A DNA stretch of 64,000 nucleotides, from positions 122,836,921 to 122,900,920 of the forward strand of contig NC_068984.1 in assembly GCF_001194135.2 (NCBI RefSeq), read 5' to 3'. The notes under the pieces were generated by a model that saw nothing but the letters and a program-made list of their open reading frames with translations, was not told the DNA's origin and did not search any database. This document shows positions 52,471-64,000 of the stretch, piece by piece. Numbering within the stretch: position 1 is the first letter of the stretch; every line of letters begins with the position of its first letter. The position numbers were made by a program, and so were the translations under genes. The DNA is from Octopus bimaculoides. Its lineage: Eukaryota.

Positions 52471-53668
52471 ATATATGTGTGTGAAATGTTGCAGATGTTT
52501 GAAGTCTGAAGTCAAAGCTACCTTCAGAATCATTATACCTTGTAGGTTTTTAGATACTTTATCAATGCCAGTAACATAGATATTATTTTGATACATTCTG
52601 TGGGTCCTATGTACTATTCACTTTCGTAGTGTTATGAGAAAGATATGATCTCTAACCTACTTCACTGTTTGCTAAACTCTTTTGCTTCTCTGTTGCCATT
52701 CAGAGCATAGAAATAGCTTGAAAGCAGCGTGTGTGTGTGTGTGTGTGTGTGAAATTATTGGTGTGAGGAATTTATAGGAATTAGAAATCTCAAACTTACC
52801 TAATTGTATACAGCTTTTGTGGGAAAAAAATTAATGCTAGAATTTTTAATGGAATAGCTCACTAGTTTATAGATTTTTTTTTTTTTTTTTTTTTTTCCAA
52901 CACAGTTATCATTTTAGCAAATCTTTGGAAACTCTGGTCAGACCTGCATAAGTAGACTTAACCATTTTGTTATCATATTTCTGTTGAAATATACTGCCTT
53001 TGTTTTCAATTTACTTTGAAAATAATAAAGACTTTGGTCAAGTATCTATTGAGCTGATGTTTAGAAAATAAATTTACATGAAATTTTGAAGGAAGGTTTT
53101 AATTAACATTAAACAGAGAGTTTGTATCTTAGAACCAGGAGTAGTCTTGGGTGGGTCATTATCAAAAGGATTAACAGCACAGGGATAGCTAATCATAGAA
53201 CGTATTTTGTTAGTAACTGAAAACAGTCAGAAGAGTATGTGAGCTACTGATAGTCTTCATCAGCATATGTAAGGTTACAAATATATACATAACAGGGATA
53301 TGCCTCCCCAGAACAGTAGACTTATAGTCAAAGGGCATTCCAACTGGGACTATTCCATCTTCCTTTTTTTTAAATCAGTAGAATATGATTTGAAAGAGAT
53401 CTTGTTGCCATTTGCTGTTTAATCATGACACAAGTTTCTTCATTCATTTGAGAAGTTCCCTTCAGACTTTTATCAAGATTATGTCACAAGAAAAGGGGAT
53501 ATTTTGGGTTGAGAAGGAAATACATGCATTTGATCACTGTTTCTTTCTTTGATCATTTCTTTGCTATTGTGGAGCATGTTGTTCTAAGATATAAAGTAAA
53601 ACATAATGTCTCCATTAGAAATATTACATTTCTAAATCTCTCAGAGAAACTTATACAGCAGCAGCACG

Positions 53669-53791
53669 ATAAAGTGATGGTTTGTTGCCAACTTAATGTA
53701 GCAGTCCCAGGAAAAGGGGAAAAAAAAGGCAGTAGCATTTTTCCCTTTCCTGGGACTGCCACATTAAGTTGGCCACAAACCATCACTTTAT
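53669..53791. repeat. Fold-back/hairpin element, ~53-bp near-perfect stem
   Basis: ataaagtgatggtttgttgccaacttaatgtagcagtcccaggaaa... is mirrored by ...tttcctgggactgccacattaagttggccacaaaccatcactttat. Confidence 0.9.
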
Positions 53792-54294
53792 AGTGTCTCC
53801 AGTTGAAAAATGGTTGGGAATTAAAAGTAATTTGGCCACTTTTATTGAGTAACTACACTAGAAGCTCTCTTACTGGCTTGTAAAAGTATCTATATTTTAC
53901 AATGGTTATGCAGTTGTCAGTATCTTTATTTCAGCAGTTTATAATATTGGAATGTCCACTGTAAGTAATATTAGTGCTGTGATTATTGTTGTTGAGTACC
54001 CCCAGTGTACTTTGACTGAGTGTTAAAATAGAGTAATCAAGTAAACTCTAGATGACCTACAAGACTAAGCATAAGTCTTAGGTTACTTATATCTGGGGTC
54101 TGTCTCAAATTGTGTTATTATAACCTGGAAACTTCCTTTGAATGGATGGAGTAAAAAAAAATCATCTGCCTAGCAAGAAAGGACTAGTATGTGTGTTACA
54201 GTAATTGAAAAAAAGCGATTTCTGTTGAAATCCTTTCCTTTGATCTTCAGTCTGTTATGCTGTGACTAAATAGAGTAGCTAACTGAATAATATA

Positions 54295-54882
54295 TTAACC
54301 CTCTCAGACCTGGGCCCCTGCGTCTAACTTTACCTTCCACCTGGGCTCCTGAGTAAAAAAAAAAAATAGTTGCATATACAGCTGAAGAGTAACAATTACA
54401 GGCAAACTAATAGACAGAATCACAAAAAAAAAAAAATTCAGGAAAATAATAATGTGCCTCTCTCACAACTACTGTATTTGTTCACCCAAATCACTATTTT
54501 CCTCATCACTTTCAGCAATTTGATTGTCTGAATCACTCTCATTGCCGGCATAAGTGTAAACTCTCTGTCCCAAGAATAAATATCATAAATAATTTCCTCA
54601 ACTGCAAAGCGTCTAGGCCTTGCTCGTTTACAAGANNNNNNNNNNTTTTTTTTTTTTTTTTTTTTATTATTAAAAACAAAAGTAAACAACATCTATGGGG
54701 GACACCATTAACAAGTCATAAACACACTTAACTACAAGGCTGCAATGTGATCAGTTGTCTGTTTTTAGTATTTTGTCTTCCTTTTCTACATGTGTTGTTC
54801 ATGACTGCTTTAGTAGGAATCCAGCAGAGATGACATTTAAGCTATTCCCACTGTAGCAGGAACATGGCTTGACAGGGGTTAA
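54295..54882 (-). mobile_element. Internally deleted piggyBac-like element
   Basis: TTAA-CCCTCTCAG left end and GACAGGGG-TTAA right end; the minus strand carries an acidic N-terminal-like remnant (RARPRRFAVEEII... and, in a shifted frame, ESDEENSDLG); contains a small N gap. Confidence 0.4.
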
Positions 54883-57800
54883 CCAAATTTGTAAATTCCT
54901 TCAAATGTAACTTAAATGTTAAACGAAATAATTAAAAACTTCCAGGAATTTTGAACTGTAAATGTTAGCTGTTGTAATGAACCTATCAACTAAATACAGT
55001 ACTTATAACATTTGCTGATAGATGCTTCAATACAGTTCTAAAAGCCACTGCATTACCATAATGAATGCTACTGAAACATAGTTCATCAGTTTTAGAGAAA
55101 AAGTCTCTCCTACAAACAGCACATTTTTGCTGAAAATATGCAGAAATATGGTGCAGAAATTTCAGTACGGAGAAAAAGGGTGACCTCCTACTTCCAAATA
55201 CTTTTCATCGTATATCATGTCTTAATTCATTCGAAGCTAAAATTTATCAAAAACTACATCCACAACATGTTTTTCTTTCTTCTTTTGGCCAAACTTTGTT
55301 TTAACTGTGCAAGACTGAAACTGATGGTGGTGGCAGTGGAAGTTTATGTCCGTGTAACATCAGATGGCATATTTACCCTGTTGATATATACATGACCTAA
55401 GATTGGAATTAAACTATTATTATCGCATACATATGCATACACAGAGTAGCCACATATCTCCATGGAATAGCCATGTATTTCCTGTATAGCCTGTCCATCT
55501 CTCATAATTCAACCTCTCACTATCTGGCATTAAGTCATCTCACTCAATCAAGGGTCTTTTCTTTGTCTTGCAAGATACTTAACAATCTCATTAGTGCTAG
55601 TACCACAAAGCAAGCACTCTGTACCCTCTGTAAAGTGGTTGGCATTAGGAAGCGCATCCATCCATAAAAACCATGCCAAAACAGACACTGGGTATCAATG
55701 CAGCCCTCTGGTACATTGAATCCTGTCAGCCCATCCAGCTCATGGTAGCAAGGAAGACCTACGTTAAATGATAGGGATGCACACACATACACACACAAGC
55801 ACAACAGTTTAATATAATAGACATTATTCATTCTGGGGAGGAAGGATGTTTTTTGTTTTTTTCTTTTTTTTTTAGGGACTTTTTTTTCCAAACTGATTAT
55901 ATCTTACCAATATTGTAGATTCAATCATTTTTCACATTTCTTCCTGACTTTTATTTTGAAGACCTTCCTTGGGGATTAGAAACCATTTTTTAAGGAGTTC
56001 ACATCTATCTGCTGCTCTACATCAAAGCTGTGATATTTTCTGATTTTACAGAAATTCTCTGATCTCTAAAGTTAGGGAGTTCATTTACTTTTATTTATCT
56101 TTCTTTTGCTCATATGATGTTGGGAAGGGGGACGTGTTTGTTTTTTGTTTGTATTATTTTTTTACTCTTTTTTTTTTTTAAACCGTTTCTTTTGATAAAA
56201 CTCTGGAGGTATTCAAAACACACTCATGAAATCATGTGCAGCTCATACAAAACACACACGCACTAAATATTAACAATACATTCATACTCACACACACAAA
56301 ACACACACACGGCACATGCATAAAGTACACAAAATATTGTACATTATACATGCATCACATACATAGAGCACATGCATAACACACTCACACACATCACACA
56401 CAAATGCAGCACTCACATAAAGTACACATACACAACACACTCATAAAGCACATAAGCATACATAAAGCAAGCACAAAACACACACACACAAACACGTACA
56501 ACAAACATAGCTCTCTCTCTCTCTCGCTAACTCTCTTCCTCTCCCCTCTCTTTCTCCTCTCTCTCGCTTTCACTCACACACACACACACACACATACAAT
56601 CTGCAAAGTATCAAGTAAGCATCACTGAAGAGAGTTATTGGCATGACCCAGTCTTGCGCCTGCCATCCTGTTGCTGTTCTTTGACACCAGTTCCGTGCAC
56701 TGGTTCTGCACTGGTATTGCACAGTTGGTTGCACACCAGGAACGAAATCGTTTCAATCAAAACTTTCTTTCTTTCCTCACTCCAGCATCAAATTATTTTC
56801 TCTCATTCTCTTTCCATCATCATTCGAGAATGTTTCCATCTTTTTTTTTTCCTTTTTATTTTCTTTTAGCATTTTTCAATTCTCCATTCTCTGACCTTAC
56901 CCCTATCCTCACCCTCACCCTGATATGTTTATTTGTTGTTTTGTTTAGTTATTTAACTATTTTTTTTTTCATTTTTTTTATTTTGGTTTGTCAAGTCGAT
57001 TTTTTTTTTTTTTTTTTTTTTTTTTTTGTTGACCATGAGGAAAAAATAAAATAAAATAAAAAAGAAACAAGGGAATGATATTTTCTGGCAAAATGATCAA
57101 AATAAGTGAATCATGCTTTTTAATCTCTCTCTCTCTTCCTCTCTGTCTGTTTCTCTCTCTTTTTTTTCTTTCCTTACTTCTGTGTAATTGTGCTTGGAAA
57201 AAGCTTTTCAGCATATTTTTTCTTTCTTTTTTCTTCTTTTTTTTCACCTTTGTCATCCTTTTCATTATCATCAGACTTAAACAACCTTAAGGAGATGAAA
57301 AGATGAATGGTTATGACAAGGCCCGCATGGTAGAAGACTTGTGTGTATCCCTCCCTCTTCCACGGCAGTGGATTAGTGAGAATGTCTAACATCTTTTCCA
57401 CTGGTTTCAAATTACCCCTACACTGCTTCCTATCAGCCAGCCACGGTCTTCTGTCCAGCAAGCTTTGTGTTATTGTTGTTACTGTTGTTCAGATTGCTGA
57501 GAATGCACTAACTACTGAGTGTGTGAGACAGATATATATATATGATCTGTGAAGATGATATAGGGGGCCTTGATGAAATGCAAACCGAGGTAAGGCAGAT
57601 GTTGGATGGGTATCAAATATATGAATTTGGAAATGGTTTGGTAGTTCAATTAGAGGGGTGGATAGGTAGCTCTGTTATGATGTAGTGGTTGGCAGAAGTT
57701 GTTGTATAGTCCCAGGGTTAGCCATGATGCAGCAGACTTGGGACCAAATATTTTCCAGCTGTGACCATGTTGTCTGGCTTTCAGGAATGGTGTATCCTGT

Positions 57801-58380
57801 ATCTTCCTTCCTTGATAGGGTGTGATATTAGGAAAATTTAACTATTTTCAGCTGATCAAGTTACTGCATAGTGGTTTCAAGTGTGGGTGTATAACACACA
57901 CACACACACACACACACATAATATGATGTATAGTTGATTGTGATGTTGATTGATCCAAGGTCAGCCTTGAACCAACAGAAATATGATCAGCCATTTCAAC
58001 CATGATCACCCTGTCTTTTATCCAAGCATGGTATATCTAGGACTACATTATTCAATGTGTCCATCTTTCTTTGTATTAAAAGGGGAATTTGCAAAATAGT
58101 TGGTGGCTATTTCTAGAACGTAGAGCAACCATGTAAAGGTTTTATCAGGAGTGGTGAGAAGGGAGGCTTAAACATATGGGGAAATGGAATTAACAGAGTG
58201 TCTTGTAACATCAAGATTGGGAATCTAGAAACCATGATCATGTATTGTTATGGTAATTCTTAGACATATAGATGCCACTGGTGAGATCCAACAGACTTTC
58301 TATTCTTCGCTACAAGATTTGAACTTAGCTTTACAAATTAGCTAATCACGTATCTGTTTCACAGTACTTTTTATACTCAT

Positions 58381-58670
58381 AGCACTTATTTACAGCCAAG
58401 TAAACTAGGCTGTTGAGTGTTAAGTGTCTTGATCATGTACTCAATACAGTGAACTAACTATAACACGTTATGGTACCTAATTACAGCTAGGTAGACCGTT
58501 GGGCTGTTGAGAGTTAAGTCACGGACTAAATTCAGTAAATTATAATCACATTGTGGCACCTGCTTACAGCTATGTAGACTGAGCCATTGACAATTAAGTA
58601 TCTTGGTCATGAACTCAGTATAGTGCATTACACCATGCTGTGGTACCTACTTACAGATAGATGGACTAAG
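58381..58670. repeat. Degenerate tandem repeat, ~83-91 bp unit, ~3.3 copies
   Basis: Recurring tggtacctac/attacagcta.gtagac...ttaagt.tcttg.tcatg.actca at 58383, 58474, 58557, 58644. Confidence 0.65.
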
Positions 58671-59191
58671 CTAATATCTTTTGGTTTGGTGTTTGATTCT
58701 GTATCAAATTTGGCCATCTGTATTTCGTTATTGCTTAGCCCCAGGTCAGCTTTCATTGAGTAGGTCTATAACCAAAGGTCTGCTTCATCATTGACCAATT
58801 TGTCTTTTTGTATATATATCCAGGACAACTTATTCAAGTTGGGGAGATTTGGTTGCTATTTCTAGTAGTTCAAGTAACCACATAGAGGTTTTATTGGCTC
58901 ATAGATACAGGTATTAACCTTTTAACTGCAAAATTAAACTTTGTGGTTATTCCAGTAATGATATTAAATATTCTTTTACTTATTTCAGTCATTTTTTACT
59001 GTGGCCATGCTGGAGCACCACCTTGAATGGTTTTAGCTGAACAAACCGATCCCAGGTCTTATTTCTTAAACCTAGTACTTATTATATCAGTCTCTTTTAC
59101 TGAACCGCTAAGTTATAGGGACATAAACACACCAACACCAGTTGTCAAGCGGTGATGAGTGGACAAACACACACAAACATATACATACATA

Positions 59192-60074
59192 CAGGGTGTG
59201 ATGGGTAAATTGTGGCCATTTGATATTTTAATTTCGCGCATGCGCATTGTTTGTTTTTGATTTTGTTGACTACACAGTATAATAGGATCAACTGGACACC
59301 ATCTGTGAGAAAAACAGCACCATGACACAATTCACTCTGCCAGAAATTTTTAAATGGCATGCAGTACTACCTGGCATTTGCGCCAGAAGCTCCAATACGA
59401 ACATTTCAGAGTGTTTGGGTCTCAATCCGAGGACAGTGCAATCTGAGGACATGTACTGAGAGTGATAAAAATCAAACATCCAGTCAACATCATGGTGTTT
59501 GAAGTGATCACTAGTGATGGCAATGTTATGTCTCCATTCATCTTCCCACATGGCCTCAGACTCAACACAGAGGCCTACATCAACTGCATGGTGGAGGTAG
59601 TGCTGCCCTGGGTCAAGAAGGTGGCTGCTGGAAGACCCTATGTCTGGCAACAGGACTCTGCACCATGCCACACCAGCAGAAAGCCCAGTCATAGCTGTCA
59701 GGCAATTTGTGACCACATCATCCCTAATATCTGGCGACCTAACTCCCCAGACTGCAACCCCCTTGATTATTATGTGTAGGGTAAAGTTGAGCAAGAGACC
59801 AACAAAACTCCTTGTAACACCAAAGATGAACTGAAGGCAAGGATTATGGCCACACTAATCAACTTAAACAAGGTGACTGTCCAGAAGAGTTGCAGGAGAT
59901 TCTGAAGTCGTCTGGAAGGTGTTGTTGAAGCTAATGGCAATTTTATTGAATAAATTTACTCTTTAGTATTTCAAGATATCTTTATGTAATTTTGGTTAAA
60001 ATATCTGTTAAAATTAAATGTTAGTGTTATTTTCGTTTTTGCATAATTTAGACAACAGTTTCTTCACCGCATCC

Positions 60075-60076
<2 letters not shown>
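59192..60076 (+). mobile_element. Tc1/mariner (maT/DD37D-like) transposon, internally deleted and inactive
   Basis: TA-CAGGGTG left TIR, degenerate right TIR ending catcctg; HTH-like N-terminus from ATG 59322 fused to the catalytic part KHPVNIMVF...WQQDSAPCH...WRPNSPDCNPLDYYV, with stops downstream. Confidence 0.9.
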
Positions 60077-60138
<62 letters not shown>

Positions 60139-60947
60139 GCTTCATTCAGTTTCTATCTACTAAATGCACTTACAAGGCTTTGGTTGGCCCGAGACTATAA
60201 TAGAAGACACTTGTTCAAGGTGCCACCCAGTGGGGCTGAACTCAGAACCATGTGGTTAGGAAGCAAGCTTTTTACCACACTGCCATACCTGGTACAGGTG
60301 TGGCAGTGTAAATAGGTACTATTTACAAAAAAAAATAGAATTGGTATTTTCTGCGAGTCATGTTGCCTCAATAAATTTGACAGATCTTAACAAAAATTAG
60401 TTTCAAGCATGTCATTCCTCAACAAAAGGTAGATTGGTAAATAAAACTGCTTTTTGCAGTTAACTAATGAAATCTTAAGTGGATATATTTGATTTCTGCG
60501 GTGAAAGAGTGATGGTGGCTCAGGTAAAATGAAAAGAGTCAGTTGGTGGTAGTGATAGTAGGTAGTTTGCATCTCTAATAGACATTATTTTAATAAAGTA
60601 TAGATAGTAGTAGTTGTAGTGAGGTGACAGTATGGTAGTGGTAGCAAGTAGTGCATGCCAAAGAGTGAAAGAAAGAAAGAAAAGGAAAGAGAATGGAGTA
60701 GATATGATGACTGTCTCCGCTGTTTTATCCTCTCCTCTTCCAGCTCTTTACCATTGTTTTTCCTCAGCCCTCCTGCATTCCAATTATTTTTTTTCAGCCA
60801 AAACAGCATCGTTTCACACACGGCAACATCTAATTGTTTTTGCTTGGTTTGCTTTGCATTATCCGTTATCCATATATCATCATCATCGTCATTCATGCAG
60901 ATCCATTGCTCTCATTTCATTCAATTTCTGGTTTGTTCTTTTGGTTG

Positions 60948-60992
<45 letters not shown>

Positions 60993-61267
60993 TTTGAAAT
61001 TCTGATTTCAATTTGTTTGTTATCTTACTTTTTAATTTAATTTTAATTTCATAAACCTATTTCAGAGTTTGGCAATTTTAGAGTTAAAACCAGACAAAAA
61101 AAAAGTTGTAGGTTAGAAAGAAAACAAAAGGAAAAAAGTAACAAAATATATTGTCAAGCATGTAGGACTTTTGGAAACAGGATCAGTTACATCATTGTCA
61201 AATGTTTCAGATGTTTTATTCTGTATAAACAAGTTTCATCGATATTCATGAAACCTTTTTTTTTTTT

Positions 61268-61588
61268 TTTTTGGAGCACTCCGTCAGTTGCGATGATGAG
61301 AGTCCCAGCTGATACGATCAACGGAACAGCTTGCTCGTAAAATTAATGTGCAAGTGGCTGAGCAATCCACAGACACGTGTACCCTTTACATAGTTCTCGG
61401 GGAGATTCAGCGTGACACAGAGTGTGACAAGGCTGGCCCATTTTGAAATACAGGTACTACTCATTTTTGTCAGGAGCAACATGAAATAAAGTGTCTTGCT
61501 CAAGGACACAATGTGTCATCAGGAATTGAACTCATGACCTTACGATCATGAGCCGAATGCCACTAACCACTAAGCCAAGCGCCTTCAT
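61268..61588 (-). mobile_element. Full-length tRNA-derived SINE
   Basis: Reverse complement begins tgaaggcgcttggcttagtggttag...gagttcaattcc...tgtgtccttgagcaagacact and ends in an A-rich tail. Confidence 0.85.
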
Positions 61589-62899
61589 GAAACCTAGTGC
61601 TAATGAAAAGGTATTGGTGGTGGTGGTGCCAGTGGTAGTAGTAGTAGTTTCTAATTTGGGCTAAGAGCCATCGGTTTTCAGATGTAGCAGATTTAGTCAG
61701 TTAAATGAATCCCAGTTCTAGAACAGAACATTACTTTATCGACCCCACTGGAGGGATGAAAGGCAAAGTCAACCTCAGTGGGAACTCGACTCAGAATATA
61801 AAGAGCTGGAACAAATACTGCAAGGCATTTTCTTTGACAGTCTAACAAGTCTGCTAATCCACCACCCTGGTAGTGGCAGTGGTACTGGTGGCTGTTTCTA
61901 GCATTGGCACAAGACCCAAAATCTTTGAGATGGTGCTAAGTTGATTAAAAATGGCCCTAGTACTTGTACTTTATTTTATTGATCTCAGAGAGATGAAAGC
62001 TAAAACTGGCCTCAGCAGGATTTGAACTCAGAATGTAAAGATGATTCTGCCAACCCCTAGCACCAATAGTAGTAATAGTAGAAGTTGAAATAGTAATGGC
62101 TATTTTAGCTGGCTTGCTTTTTTTTTTTTTTTTTTTTTTTGTTAATCCCTTTATTTCATGAAGGTTATGTTATTTCTGTAACTCTGTGGTAGAATTTTGT
62201 TAAAAATCCCAGTCACTAGAATTAATAAAGCATATGAATGATATACATACATATGTTATGTGAATTTCACCGGCACATTTATTCTCATGCAACTGGATTA
62301 TCTAACAAGTTTCTCTTTCACTATTGAATATCTGCTGTATATGGTTTAAGAGATCAGAGACAGAGAGAAGTAGAATATGAATGCAACCTGTACAGTCTAG
62401 TTATCAGTCCAGATTGAAGCCACCATCACCTCTCACATAGCTAGTGTCTTGTACTCTTGTGTTTCCATAGCTACAGATATCGATCTTTATGTTTAGAATA
62501 AATATTGTTTGACAGAGTTGACCAAGCTAAGCTGAGCTTGTTTATTCTCATTTTTAAGTATATAACTGAGTATCTGCTTAGTACTCAGTGCAATGGTGCA
62601 TTTTATGAAAACTGTGTTTGTGATGCAGTTTCAACTCCCTTCATATGAGCCGTTTCACTAAATTATTCCTCATACCATTGTTTCTGGTTGAGACAGTTGA
62701 GTTTTTTGCATTAACATTCCATTAAATGTGGCATAAGTGAAACTGAAAATCCAGCCTCTCTGGCAATGTTGTGGTGTTTCTATAGTTATAGCTCAGAGAC
62801 TATTTCCATTGCGAGATGATATATATATATGTATTCCGTTTCGTTTTGTACCATTTGTGTTCCCTAGTACTTTATGGAAATGTTTCTATCCTAACATTT

Positions 62900-63400
62900 A
62901 GACACATATAAGACCAACTTATTGGCTATGGAACTTGGAAGAATTTGGTACATTTCCAATACTGCATCAACCAAACAGCAAACCTCTTGATAGATCATCC
63001 AAGACAACTAATATTGTGATTGTATATTAGATTCCTGTCCATTTATTGGCCTGTTCTTATATAATCTTAATCACTTATCCAAACCATTAGTATCATAAAT
63101 GTGGAACAGTTGAAGAGAAAGGACTGCTGATGGTGGTGCTGAAATTTGAATTGGAATGGCTGCCTGGTTGTTGAGATATTCAACAAATAATATAAGATCA
63201 TGATTTTAAAAAAATCTTGTTTGTAACTCTACTTTCCTTAATGAGCGAAGGAAAATAGTTTCTTCATCATAGTTTCTTCCTCCTACTTCTCACATATTCT
63301 TTTAATAATGTTCAAGTTCAGTGCAGCTAACCACACAGAAGCATCCTATGGTTTATTTTGGTTTAGAGAGGGCTAGAATACAACAAACAAGGCCTCCTGT
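62900..63400 (-). mobile_element. Possible very old Tc1-like transposase remnant
   Basis: Faint resemblance to KHP..VW and WP...DLNPIEN motifs on the minus strand, many stops. Confidence 0.2.
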
Positions 63401-64000
63401 AAATAAGGCTTGCTGTGATGATCTGAATAAGAAGCATGTTCTGTAAGTTTCTTGTTTGGCTTCAAAGTTGTGTGATTAGTTAAGCAGAAAGGTGATCCAA
63501 CTGTAAAAAGAACCTACACTTAAAGAATGCTCTGTGATCATTCAGCATGCTAGAAATGACAGTCAGTTCTCATTCATATCACACCCTATCATCTTAACAA
63601 AAAGTTTTAAAATATATTGAATAAGATAGTCTTAAATAAACTATGTCTGAAAAGAAAAGAGATAGGTGACCATCACTGAAATCCCCTTCAGGATAGGTCT
63701 GTTTCACCAAGATTGACCTGGGGTTAAAAAGCAACTGCAACAACCTGCATTATAAATGATTTCAAAAGTCTAAATTTGTAGACCTGTCAAATGCATATGA
63801 CAAAACATTATTTGATTTGGAAAAGCCCAAAACAAAGAAACAAATTAACATGAAAATATAAAGTGGATTAACTGACATTAGTAATTAGACATACCTTAAT
63901 TAATGAGAGAATTGTAGTTAGTTGTTCGAGATTGCTCATTTAAATTCTATATTGCAATGGCCTCTGTCTTTAGTTTATAAATGGAAATCTCAATATTCGA

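Overview
AT-rich, microsatellite- and SINE-dense animal genomic DNA with several N gaps. It is probably a coleoid cephalopod (octopus-like); this is inferred from remembered repeat families and was not verified by a search. The whole window lies inside one plus-strand canonical ankyrin gene (ANK2/unc-44 type). I resolved 18 GT-AG exons encoding ANK repeats 4-24 and the start of the acidic linker, plus a 30-nt microexon between repeats 6 and 7. Repeats 1-3 and the ZU5/UPA/death-domain exons lie outside the window. Introns hold several SINE families, TA- and TTAA-type MITEs, a deleted maT-like Tc1/mariner element and fold-back elements. Main leads: (1) hammerhead-ribozyme-like motifs of the minimal Penelope/retrozyme type (inverted pair at 52.3 kb, tandem pair at 17.8 kb, half-motif fold-back at 45.9 kb); (2) candidate hidden micro/poison exons and alternative ends of ankyrin; (3) a ~97% identical inverted SINE pair bracketing an all-phase-0, stop-free exon block that could circularise. 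All splicing and ribozyme activity claims are sequence-based hypotheses.
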